Shown piece after piece: positions 11,900 through 24,127 of a DNA stretch of 64,000 nucleotides (positions are counted from its first letter, which is position 1; every line of letters starts with the position of its first letter). This stretch comes from Callorhinchus milii (taxonomy: Eukaryota): NCBI RefSeq assembly GCF_018977255.1, contig NW_024704742.1, positions 19,718,001-19,782,000 on the forward strand, read 5' to 3'. A program made the translations under genes and the position numbers. Below the pieces are notes generated by a model. The model was not told where the DNA came from, did not search any database, and saw only the letters and a program-made list of their open reading frames with translations.

Positions 11900-13217
11900 T
11901 GCACCCACCTTACCTCTGGCTCCAACTTCATCAACGTCTCCGGTTGCTCACTCCAGCTAACTAACTAACCCAAATATATAACATCCACCAGACAGCCTCA
12001 TCCACCTGCCTCTTGTCACCCACTACTACCCCCTCTCTGTCCCCCTCACCCTCCTCATCATCAGCTCCGACCACGACCCCCATCCTACATTCCTTCCTCC
12101 CATCTCTCCTTCCTCTCTCTCACCCGCCATCACTTCAATGAAACCCACCACCTGCTGCCTCGACCCCTTCCCAACCAACTTGGTGGTTACCAGCTCTCCC
12201 TCCTCTGCCCACTACTGGCTGACATCATCAACCAGTCCCTCTCCTCCGGATCAGTCCCTGCCCCCCTCAAAACTGCTGTCATCACCCCCCTCCTCAAAAA
12301 ACCTTCCCTGGATCCCTCAAACTCTAACCACTACTGTCCTATTTCTAACCTGCCCTTCCTCGCCAAAGTCCTAGAACGCGTTGTTGCCAATCAACTCAGC
12401 GCACACCTCCTCCCACTCCCTCTTCGAACCCCTCCAGTCCTGTTTCCGCGCTGCCCACAGTACAGAGACTGCGCTTGTGAAAGTTTCAAATGACATCCTC
12501 TCTATCTGTGACCAGGGCTCCCTCTGCCTCCTTATCCTCCTGGACCTCTCCGCCGCTTTCGACACAGTCGATCACACCATCCTCCTCTCCTGCCTTTCCT
12601 CCATCATCCACCTCAGTAGGACTGCACTCGCCTGGTTCAAGTCCTAACTCATGAACAGCTTTTCCTACTGCTCTCACAACATTGTCCCCCTCCTTTTCCT
12701 AATCGATATGCTCCCTCTTGGGGATGTCACCCGCAGACATCCAGGTCATCCAAAACTCTGTCACCCGCATTCGCAACCGCACCAAACTCCGCTCCCCAAT
12801 TACCCCAGTCCTTGCCAGACTACACTGGCTGCCTATCCCAGAGAGGATCGACTTCAAGGTCCTCATCCTTGTCTTCAAATCCCTTCACTCCTCTGCACAT
12901 CCCTACCTCTCTCCTCACAACAGTACCCGTTGCCTTCGCTCCACCAGGTCTGGCCTCCTCCTCGTCCCCCAAGTCCTCCGCTCCACCCTCTGTGGCCGTG
13001 CCTTCAGCCACTATACCCCGAGGCACTGGAACTCCCTTCCTCACTGCCTTCGCCTCACCCCCTCTCTTCCTATTTTCAGGTCTCTGCTGAAGACCTTTCT
13101 TTTTGACTGCGCCTTTAGTCACCTCCCTTCCCCTCGGCCCCGGGATCCGTTATTGTGAAGCGCTCTGAGACGCCGTCTGGCGTGCAGGGCGCTATATAAA
13201 TCCAAGTTGTTGTTGTA
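11900..13217 (+). mobile_element. L2-clade LINE fragment with internal deletions
   Basis: HSTETALVKV, LLDLSAAFDTVDH and LHWLP motifs; (GTT)n tail. Confidence 0.92.
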
Positions 13218-13587
13218 ACTGATCGTCCCTCACCCCCACCATCCCTCTATTGGTGGCCAAGCTCTCAGCCACTATCCCTGATCTCCGCAATTCTCACCCA
13301 ACATCCCAATACTACGGATTCCAGTCGTCTGCAAATTGAGTCCAGCCAATTTAACGTGAATGGTAATGGTCGGCAGGATTACTGACCAGCAAAGGATTAA
13401 TATGCACTACCACCAAAGTCAAAGAATTTACTATCTCTTTTTTTCTCTCTCTCTCTTTCCAATCTCCTCACCACCCCACCAACCTTCTCCCTCCCCGCAT
13501 CGATGGTGCTTCATGTTTTGCTGATGACTTGGTTGATTTGATGTTGTTCTTTTTATTTAAAAAAAAATACATTCCCTTGTTACAAAG

Positions 13588-13789
13588 GTCAGCTGAAGAG
13601 ACGTTCAGCATGGCAGATGAGAACTACACTTCCAATCCTCAGATGGTCCGAAGGAAGAAGATTGCCATCAGTGTGGTTTTCTCTTTGCCTGAGAAGGACG
13701 AGGAGAACAGGAATTTTCAGGAATTCTTTTTCTCACACTTCCCTCTCTTTGAGACTCACCTGAACAAGCTGAAGAGCTCAATTGAGAAG
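13588..13789 (+). CDS. FNIP2: FNIP2 exon 10 (202 bp)
   Basis: SAEETFSMA...[10 protein letters not shown]...[22 protein letters not shown]. Confidence 0.97.
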
Positions 13790-14432
13790 GTATCTAATAT
13801 TTTTAGATTTTTTAAACCATTGTTTCTGTCAAAGAATATTTTCTTTTTGCTCAGTACCCAAACTTTTATTGCGCATCAAAACATAAGGTGTATATTTCTA
13901 AAGAAATTAGGTTTATGAAGTTTTAGTTTTTATACCAATGATGAGTAAAGCTAATTGTACTGAATACACACCATCCCTTTTCTGGTGGTCCAATCTATCC
14001 CACCCTGCGTTATCCCACCCTTCCTTGCCCCCCATGTCACCTAAGATCAGATGTAGTCCAGGCTGATTGTCATTCTTTCTTAAAGCAAACATGTTGGTAG
14101 TCTCAGTTCAGTTGTGGTTCGTCGTTGATGTACATCACAAAATTGGATTAAATGGTTAATCTTGCTCAGAGAGATCATTGCAAATAGCTAGGAATTAATT
14201 TTACACAGGTGAGAGTATAGGGGTTCCTCCTTCTGAGATGCATTGTTGAGGTTAGAGGGAACTTTACGATGCATATGGCTCGTGGCTAAACTTGATGTAA
14301 GAGAGAGTTTTTAATTGCCTGATAACAACCATAACTTTCATCTGAAACTTTTACCAGCTCCTACTCCCCCTCTCCTAGCCCCACCAAAAAAACGAGTATC
14401 AATATTCGGTGTAATTTCTGTCTTTTCCATAG

Positions 14433-14521
14433 GCAATGATAACCTGCAGGAAGATTGCAGAATCTAGTCAGAGGGTCCAAGTTTACATCAACCGTGTAAT
14501 GGAAGCACTGGGAGAATTCAG
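14433..14521 (+). CDS. FNIP2: FNIP2 exon 11 (89 bp)
   Basis: [29 protein letters not shown](R); catag|...|gtgagt. Confidence 0.97.
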
Positions 14522-15674
14522 GTGAGTTTTAAATGTGGCACGTTTTCTCTACCACTTGACAGAAGATTTGTTTCTCATGCCCTAAATTAAGAATCTGCCA
14601 TTTAGCAAATATTGTAATCTTATACTGTGCTATTTCAATTGTAGCTGCTGTTCAATGGGAGGGAAAAAAATATTTTGCAAAGGCATTTCTGCCCTGTGTT
14701 TTGGGAGGATTTGACCCCATGTTTTGGGAGGGTTTCTGCCCTGGGTTTAAGTTGGTCTTTCCTGCAATACAAAATTACAAAATACAATGGTGAATAACCT
14801 TGTGGAGAGGGGCAACTGCCTATCAATACCACAGTGGTTGACCAGTTTCCCTCCTATGAGATTATGTCTGGATTGCACTTGTCGCTTTTGTTCCTTAATG
14901 GTATGAATCCTTAAAAAAACGGTATAAATAGTAATAATTATAAACAATTGTTGCATTCGATATAGCAATTTTCATGTCAGGAAGATGTCTCCCAGCGCTT
15001 CACAGGATTCACCACTGACTGTGTAAATATCTGCATGAGAACATTAATAATAGGTGTTTTTCTCCCCTTGGCTTTCACCTGCAGACTTTCAGTGATCTCC
15101 AGACTTATCGTTGCTCCATATGCTGAAAGATTATTTCAGGACTTAATGCCATTAGCTTTGAGTATTAATGGTGCTTGCATTTAATATAGTGCTTATAAAA
15201 CACATCATAAGAATTCCTGTTAAGTGCACACTAGACAGTTTGCAGAAACTCTCAATGCACAAACAGCTACGAAAAAGCTGAATTGGGCCTTGAATCCACA
15301 AGCCTTTAACCCAAAGGTGAGAGTGCTACCAAATGAGCCAGGCTGACACATTGAGGGATAAAAATAAGCTCTGATCAAATAGATTGTGTGTACATGACTT
15401 TGCAAGAGATTTGGAGGTTGTCTGTGTCTTAGTTGCAAAGCAACAACTTGCATTTGTACAGTAACTAATCATTGGTGGGAGCAAGGTGTCACATGTGACA
15501 CTGAGTTTTATACCACAAAAAGTAGGGTTTTTACAAATCCTCCTTGGAATGTTTTTTATTTCTCCCCACACTCATTCACCCCACCCCGTCTTAACTGCCC
15601 TCTGGCTTCATCTTAAGTCCACGACCATGTCTGATATGTTGTACACGGGGTGGCAAAGAGGCCAGTATGTACAT

Positions 15675-18110
15675 CAACAACAACTTGCACTTATATAACG
15701 CCCTCCACACAGGATAGCGGCTCAGAGTGCTTAACAGCGGCAGAGCCTGCCTCCGAGTCAAGGGGAGGAGGGAGGTGGCCATAAGCATGGTCGAACAGGA
15801 AAGTTTTCCGGTGGGACTTGAAAGAGGGGATGAGGTGGAGCGATTGAGGGAGTGTTCCACAGTTTTGGGGCGTAGTGGCTGAAAGCAAGACCTCCAATGG
15901 TGGGGCGGAAGGTGCAAGGGACGAACAGGAGGCCGATGCCAGTCGAACGGAGGCTGCGGGTGGTGGATTGGGGAGCGAGGAGGTCGGAAAGGTAGGGAGG
16001 TGTCAGGGAGTGGATGGATTTGAAAATGAGAGAGGATATTGTGGGAGAGGAAGGACAGTTGGGGGTTGTCCTGGATGCCTAGGTTGCGCACTGGTTCGGT
16101 GAGTTTGAGGGAGAGCCCTGGGAGGTTGAGGAGTTAAGATCCGCAGGAGTGAAGACGTTGATGGGAGCCAAGAAGCATGGCTTCCGTCTTGTCCATATTC
16201 AGCTGCAGGACGTTTACACTCATCCAGGCCTTGATATCTGCCAGACAAGCTGATAGAACATCAGCGGACCTGGAGTTGGTACTGGAGGAGGCAAAGTAGA
16301 TTTGTGTATCATCCGCATACATGTGGAAGTTTACTCCGTGTCTGTGGATGACATCGCCCAGAGGGAGCATATAGATAAGGAAATGAAGAGGGCCAAGGAT
16401 GGAGCCCTGGGGTACCCCGCAGGTGACCGGCTGGGGGAGGGAGGAGAAACCATTTGCTGAGATGAAATGGAGGTGGTTGGTTAAGTAGGATATAACCATG
16501 TGAGTGCAGTCCCAATGAGGTAGATAAGGGAGGACAGACAATGGCGGAGGATGGTGTGGTCGACTGTGTCAAACGCAGCAGAGAGATCCAGGAGGACGAG
16601 GAGGCTGAGGGAGCCCTGGTCACAGATAGAGAGAATGTCATTTGTGACTTTGACAAGCCCTGTCTCTGTGCCATGGGCAGGGCGAAAACCAGACTGCAGG
16701 GGCTCGAGGAAAGACAGGTGTGACCAAAGTTGACCTACAATAATGTGTTCCAGTACTTTGGCAGAGAAGGGTAGGTTGGAGATGGGATGGTAGTGTGCGA
16801 GATTAGAGGGATTGAGGGTGGGTTTTTTGAGGAGGGGTGTGATGACAGTCGTTTTCAGGGCGAATGGAACAGAGCCTGAGAAGAGACTGGTTGACCATGT
16901 CGGCCACTGGGGGGGAGAGAAGGGTGAGTTGAATGATTAGCAGCTGAGTTGGGAGGGGTTCAAGGCAGCAGGTAGTGAATTTCACTGGGTGAGTATGGTC
17001 AAAATGGAGGAGGGAAAAATGGGAGCAAAGAAGTGTAAGGAGTGGGGAGTGACAGGAGCCGTGTGGTTTGGGTGGATTGGAAGGGGACATGGGGGATTGG
17101 GGGGGAAACGATGCAGCCAAACAGATGTTTTCAATTTTTGAGGCAAAGAAGTTTAGGACCTTGATGTTTGATGTGAGGATAGAGGGGGCTTGATGGGGTG
17201 CAAGGAGGAGGTGATGGACAGTGAAAAACAGTGTCTTTGGATTGTTTTTGGCCTCCAGGATGACTTTGGAGTAAAAGTCAGTTTTGGCCTTTGAAAGGGA
17301 GAGGCGGGAGGTGTAGAGGTGCTTGAATGCAGATGGCTGTGAATCGTGAGACCGGATTTCTACCATCTGCGGGAGAGTGGGTGGGTTTAGAAACAACCCT
17401 GGATTTCAGGGAACCAGGAAATTAAAGGTTGTGAGGAGATGGTCATTCAACAGCTTGACAGCTGCATCAGGATTGCTGCGGGTGGAGGACCAGAGGGAGA
17501 GGAAGTGAGGGACTCGGAAGCTTTTTCTAGGGGCGGAAAAAAATGCTGGAGGGTTTGGCAGAGGGGAGAGGGATGTGGGAGGAGAGGGAGATGAGGAAGA
17601 GGTCCAAGATGGCCTTGTCCGTAATGGACAGGTCGGAAATGTCAAGGCCATGTGATGACGAGGTCGAGGGAGTGACCACGGTTGTGGGTTGGCGAGTCGA
17701 TATGGAGGATGAGGTTTAGGGAGGAGAGGAGGTCAGCGAAATCTGGGGAGGTGTTGCAAGGGGAGTTTAAGTGGAGGTTGAAATCACCCATTATGAGCAG
17801 GTGTTCAGTGCAGAGGGACAGGGATAAGAGGAGAGAGGAGATATCGGTGAGGAAGGAGCCAAGAGGTTTTTTTGGGGAAAATAACTAGGAGAATTTTCAG
17901 GGAGAGAGAGGATGGATGGTAGAGGGTGAGGTGCTCAAAGGAGAGAAACAACCAGAGGAATAAGGGGATAGACCAAGGGAAGTTTGCGAGATGAGGGCTA
18001 CCCCACCGCCACGTTGGTTGGGGCGGCGGTCTGATGAAAGCTGTAGCCAGGAGGGGAGGCTTCAACAAGGGGGACGGGGTCACTGGGAGAGAGCCATGTT
18101 TCTGTAAGCC
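15675..18110 (-). mobile_element. L2-clade LINE relic (APE to RT, frameshifted)
   Basis: LTETWL, GVPQGSILGP and YADD motifs; (GTT)n tail at 15675. Confidence 0.93.
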
Positions 18111-18814
18111 GTACAGCCGATATTTGATCAGAGGGAGACACCTAATACCTTGAGAATCAGGATTGTGTAAAGGTCATGTCAGCATATGAAGGCACTTAAC
18201 CCGGTGACATTTTTTTGTAATTAATTGGAAGCTAAAAAAAGGATGGTGACATTAGATCCCTGTTTGCTTGAGGCTTTTTTTTAAGTTTCTAAGCTTTTCC
18301 GATAGTTATCTGGAAACTCTACGCACAGCTGCCTATCCAACGTCTTCGGTTATTCACGCGTGCTTCAGAGAATATTTACCCTGCAGTATTTGATGGGGTC
18401 AAACGAACTGGGTAATCTGAGTCTTGCAATGTCAGGGACAGTCCAGTAGCCTTCTTTCCCGTAAGCATTTCAGATGCTATTTTAGATACTGAAAGCCCAG
18501 TTATAAATTCAGGCACCAGGTCAAATGGAAGTAGACAACAACATGTGGCAGACAACAGCCTGTAATTCAACCTGAACAGCAGCCTAGAGTTATACAGCTC
18601 TATTGCTCTTTATTTCCTCTCGCACTCTTTTCCTATACAGTTCAGTCTATTTCCATATACATTGTGGTTTCAGTTGCATTGACCTATACTTCACTGATTT
18701 CCTGTGCGCAGCATGTGATGTCAGCGGTCTCTCCGGCAATCCTACAGGGGTGGTGGGGGAGGGGGCGAATAGCCAGTCCATAATACTCAATGTTTTAAAC
18801 ACAGGGTCTCGTTT

Positions 18815-20071
18815 TAATAAGAAGAATCTTTGCATTTTGATATAACACCTCATCAGTCGTGGATTGAGTGACCAAAATACTATATTATGTTTTCTGAGGG
18901 ATTATTACCCTTGGAAAACAACAGCAAATTGAATGTTTCATGTTGGGAGGATCACTCAAGGCGCTGAACAGTCAGGGATTTGGAGCAGGAGGTTGGGATC
19001 AGGAATGGTGGAGAGCAGGGATGGTAGGTGTAGGAGGGTGGCGCGGTCGAAGAGGAGGGTCTTGAGACATGCCTTGAAGTGGCGGAGTGAGCAAGGCAAA
19101 GGGACTGGGATGGAGTTCAAAAGGGTGGGGGCAGAGAGGCTGAAGACCCAACCACTGATGCTGGGACAGGCTGGAATCTGCTGAGCGGAGGGTGTGGACA
19201 GGTCAATATGGGGTGAGCAGCTCACAGAGGTTGGAAGGAACAAGGCCATGGAGGATTTTGAAGACGAACAAGGATGGAGCCTGGTGTGGGAAAGGACACG
19301 AGCTGCAGAGTTATGGATTATCTTCAGCTTGTGGAGGGAAGAGTTGGGAAGGTTTACAAGCAGAGGGTTGGCGTAGTCAAGCCTAGATGAAATAAATGCA
19401 TGGATGAGAGTCTCGGCGACCTGAGGAGAGAGACAGTGGCGGAACCGGGCAATGTTAGGAGAAGACAGAACGGGTCATGGAACGGATGTGGGGTAGAAAG
19501 GACATTTGAGGGTCAAACAAGATGCCTAGATTCCAGGTTTGCTCACTGAGGTGGAGTGCCAATCCATAGATGGTGATCCTGCCAATGCCTGAGGTGATGG
19601 GAGCCAATTAAGAGGGTCTCGGTATTCTTGACGATCAACTGTAGAAAGATAGCTATCAATCAAAGACTTCATGTCTGACAGACATTCTGTCAGGACAGCA
19701 GTGGTCCTGGAGTCGAGGGTGGAGGCAGAGAGGTACAGTTGGGTGTCTTCTGCATACGTGTGGAAGTTGACCCCATGTCTGCGGATGATGTCTCTCAAGA
19801 GGGAGCATTTAAATATTGAAGAGGAGGAGACCAAGGACGGAGCCCTGAGGACCACCGCACGAGACGGTGCAAGGGCTAAAGGAGACAAAGTGGAGACGGT
19901 GTGATCCCACCTTTTGCCAATCAACTTAACACCCAGGTTCCTACTTACTGCTAAATAAACAGAGGCTTATGGAGTAAGGAAACTTGTATAACGTTTCATC
20001 CTGCATGGGAATGGAACCCAGGTCCTCTCGCTTGCGAGGCGAGTGCTCTAACCAATACATTACAGGACCTC
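18815..20071 (-). mobile_element. tRNA-Ala SINE split by an L2 LINE insertion (L2 about 18919-19905)
   Basis: SINE 3' half at 18815-18918 and 5' half at 19906-20071; intervening L2 RT fragment (GVNFHTYAEDTQLY). Confidence 0.82.
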
Positions 20072-20165
20072 AACCAGGCTGAACTATACAGTTCCTTGTT
20101 CAAATCGTTCCGTATAGAACCGCATGGTGTGCTTATATACAAAACTGTAATTTGTTGCTTTGCAG

Positions 20166-20312
20166 GACAACTATCTGGAATCTTTACACTGGGCCAAGGG
20201 TCCCAGAGCCTGTGTGGCTCACCATGATGTTCAACGCTTCGGAAAAAAGTCGTCTGTGTTGTCGCTTTCTGCAAGAACTTACCACCTCAATAGAGCAGAT
20301 GTCCAGGAATCA
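20166..20312 (+). CDS. FNIP2: FNIP2 exon 12 (147 bp)
   Basis: TTIWNLYTGPRVPEPVWLTMM...IEQMSRN(Q). Confidence 0.97.
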
Positions 20313-21271
20313 GTACGTATCTCTGCTACAGAATGTGGCAGTGAACTCCTGAGGCAGGTTTCTACTGGGGACTGGAAATAATCCCACCATGTCACTGGGG
20401 GCGGGTGGGGGGAAGAGTTACGAGGGCAGGTGTTTGTAGCTAAGATGTACATTTCCTACAGGTACTCTGCAGCTAACAGCTGCACCTCGAACATCATTTT
20501 TGTTGAAGGTGAAATATAAGTTTCTCGAGACTGTAGTGAAGCTGAATTGCATTGAAACTTGGCTTATCTGCTGCACTTGATTTTCTCCAAGTCAGCAACT
20601 GTTATGCACACCTGAGGGGGAGTCAGTGAATGTGGTGAGGTGGGGGTTGTATCCCTGGATCAGCCGGTCCTGGTCCTGTCTTGAGCTCTCAGCCTACTGA
20701 ACCCCATGTGGAGCACACCTTTGATGTTTCTTTGATTCTGCTGAGCTCCTTGTCATTCACAACCAATAATGTTTTTTCTGTAAGAATACATCAACACAGT
20801 TGTGGGAGAGCCTGCAGCAACTATAAAAGAATAGTTTATATATTTTTTTCTCAATTTTTCCCCCTCTTGTGGTGCTAACGTTTACTGGAGCACGGTTCCC
20901 TTTGACCAATTATAGTCTAGACTGATACTCTAATGCAGTGTTAAGGATATACTGGGTTGTTAAACTGAGTTCCTGTCTGCCTGTACCAGCGGACATTGAA
21001 GATTCCCTGGCACTATTCGAAACATGAAATGAGTTTTGTCCTGTGTCCTGGCCAACAAACCCCCTGATTAAATTGGTCATTCACTTCATAGCTGTTTGTG
21101 GGACTTTGCTGGGTGCAAATTGGCTGCCTCATTCGCCAACAAATCCAGTCAATCAATACGCTTTACAGTAAAATCTTGTCCTCTCGATATGAAAGGTGGT
21201 TATATCAGATCATTATTTACTTTATTCAGACAGTTTATTTATGGTTGTTCTCTGTCCTGCCCTTGTTTCAG

Positions 21272-21441
21272 ATTCCTTCCAGCGTTGCTGACTGCTGTGC
21301 TCACCTATCACTTGGCCTGGGTTCCCACCGTGATGCCAAATGATCACCCGCCCGTCAGGACCTTTTACGAGAAGCAAGCCTCACAGAGTGTAGACCTGCT
21401 GGGGAAATCACACCCCTACAATCCTCTCTGGGCTCAGCTCG
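21272..21441 (+). CDS. FNIP2: FNIP2 exon 13 (170 bp)
   Basis: [22 protein letters not shown]...[10 protein letters not shown](G). Confidence 0.98.
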
Positions 21442-22060
21442 GTAAGCAAAACTCATTTGGTTGCTCTCCGTGTCAGTCCGGATTTTGGATCAGAAACCAG
21501 CCTATTTCTTTCCCTTCCCTGGCCCTGGGGTAATGAGGCTTGTTGTACTGTCCCTACTCGACCCTAGTAAGATCAGATAACTCAACGCATGAATTTAAAA
21601 AAAACGGTGACCTTCTGGCTTTGTGTGACCCAGATTCACACTGTACAGTGACTCAGATGTTTGTGGTTAATGGTGGTGATGGGGGAAGAGACTGAATCAC
21701 TGAGAAAAACGTAATGCTTATTTCACAGCTATTAATTCTCCAGTTTCCAGTGTGACTATTATTCATCCGTAAAATTAAATTCCCCAGTCCCAGAACTAAA
21801 TACTGTACCTTTCCCCTGACATAGCCCAGCCTTGCTTGTAGCGCTAAGCAGAAGCTCATTGCACTGGCTTCTGTTGCTGACCGCGCTAGAAAATTGGTGA
21901 CTTGCCGAGTCAGCAGATCATTTCCTGTACGTTGTGCATGCCCACTACGAATGGGGAAGACCATTAACATAACCGAACACTTTACAGTAAATCCTGTGAA
22001 ACGCTTTTGGACGTCCTCACATTGTGAAAGGCGCTGTACCAAATGTAAGGATTCTTATTA

Positions 22061-22828
22061 CAGTAAAACTCGCAAAAGCTTATCTTTATAAATTATATAA
22101 AGCCTAAGTCATACATCTATTCAAGTCCCATTTAGTTTCCTATATTACATTTTTTTTTGCACTAATGATATTAAGCATCTCCTAACTCGTAATGTCGCTC
22201 CCCTGACCTCCATTACACCTGCACTTACTGGCTGCATTGATGTCCTATCTTGTAGACGCATGCACATTTGCCCACCAGCTGCATTGAATTGCTGTCTTGT
22301 AACATTGGAATATTTAATTGTTAATTAAATTGTGGAGTCATATAGTTTAGCGAGAGTACCTGGCTGTGATTCCCGGGCAGGGCCAAACATTGGGTAAGTT
22401 TCCTTACTCCACATGTCTCTGTTTACCTAGCAGTAAATAGGGTCTCCAGTTAAGTTGAATGGCAGATCATTTTTCTGGGTGTAATAATTCCTTAAAACAA
22501 ATATTTTCTCACTCAATCCATGACTGTGGGACATTGCTGTGCACAATTGGCTGCCATGTTTCACCCACAAAATATAGTCAATTCACTTTACGGTATATTC
22601 CGTGAAGCGCTTTGAAACGTCTCGAAGACGTGATAAGACGCTATATCAAATGCAAGGAGTATTATTATTACCACTTTAATGGCTGCATTGAATTACGCAT
22701 GTGCAATGTAGATTATTGATTAAATTGGATTTTGTGCGAATTGTACAAGTTTGCCTGCAACTCGTACTTTGCATAAGTCATATTAAATGTTATGGTCCCA
22801 ACTGATATGACTTATGTGAGTTTTACTG
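22061..22828. mobile_element. Tc1/mariner (pogo/Tigger-like) MITE containing a SINE
   Basis: TIRs CAGTAAAACTCGCAAAAG / CTTATGTGAGTTTTACTG; TA on both flanks; subterminal inverted repeat CATAAGTCATAT..ATATGACTTATG. Confidence 0.8.
22332..22670 (+). mobile_element. tRNA-Ala SINE nested in the MITE
   Basis: gtggagtc head (partly deleted) through to the (att)n tail. Confidence 0.88.
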
Positions 22829-23215
22829 TATTATTACAGTGCAAAGCTAGTGACGTCAGCGGTGTTTTGTTTTTAAGTGCAGTGGCACATGCGGAGCGCA
22901 CAGGAAGTGACCTGGCGACATGAAAGTCAGCCATTTCTTCTCACTTTGGTTATGATGCCACTTGGAAGATGTTGGATCCAGAGAAGCAAGGCACCCTGTA
23001 ATATCTTCAGTCTCAATTTTGTTACGTGTGCAGTTTTAGTTTCAAGATAACCGATATCAAGGTTCTCGTGGACAGATGACCATTATAAACCGCGGGGATT
23101 TACTGGCATTAAATATTCTCTTTTCTCCAAAAATGTAATTTGCGCAAATCAAGGAAATGTTGCCTTAACAGGTTGATTTTTTTGGTCTTCATTTTCAAGC
23201 ATTGCACAGTATAAA

Positions 23216-23234
23216 TACTGCCATCTTGTGGCTG
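23216..23234 (-). promoter_or_regulatory. CTCF-like motif (reverse orientation)
   Basis: Minus strand CAGCCACAAGATGGCAGTA. Confidence 0.4.
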
Positions 23235-24127
23235 ATCCACGAAGTGCAAAGAATTTCCAGAAGGAGGTCATTCTACCCATGTATCTGTGCCGGTGTTGCC
23301 CGGCGCCACTTGATACTATATATTTAAGATCAATTCAGTGGTGGTGCAGCTGGTCATAGGCACCAGAATGTAATCTGCCCCATGGTCAGATTTCCCGGTT
23401 CTGATTTTCCCCTCATCACCACCATTGCCCCCCAGCTCAAGGTACATCTAGGCAGACAGTCTTGAGCTCAGCTAATGCTCCCCACGTGGGACTAGTGGGC
23501 CTCAAACATGAGTAATGGTAAGTTATTGAAATAATGGTGAGAGCTGGTTTGAGGATATTGCCTTTGTTTACTTTTACCACCTCGTCTTCCCTCATCCATA
23601 ATATATTGGCACCAATACACTAACTAAGTTAAAGTCAAAACACTGATTTGAGTGTGCAGACATCGTATAACATTCAGACCACTGGGCCATTGCATTTGAG
23701 AATCTTTCCTCTTAAGTTGAGTCTATGTTAATGCCAGTCGTCAGAGGAGAGAAGCCAGCTGAGGTGTGAACAAGTACCTTTTCTGTTTCATACATGCCCC
23801 AGTGTTCTTAGGCAGTAGGTAAATATTCTCTCGAAAGAGGGTCCTGGCCCACAATTCTCCCGAATAGAATTGGTCACTGACTTCTTGATTGGTTGTGGGA
23901 TATTGCTGTGTACAAATTGGCTGCCCGATCACAACCAAAAGTCAAAATACTTCACAGTAAAATCCTGTGAAGTGCTTTGAGACATTTCGACGATGTGATA
24001 AGGAACTATAACAAATGCAAGGATTAATATAAATGCGAGTTTAATTTCCAAAATGCAGAATACCTTCTGTTGCCTAACATTAAACCCGGCATTGAATCTT
24101 AAATGGGTATTTTTTTCTTTGTTCAAG

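Noticed and set aside
15591..18083. Reverse transcriptase ORFs as a functional gene or novel RT system
   Set aside because: They are frameshifted, deleted L2 LINE relics; the same applies at 12138-13158, 19526-19924 and 41712-42779.
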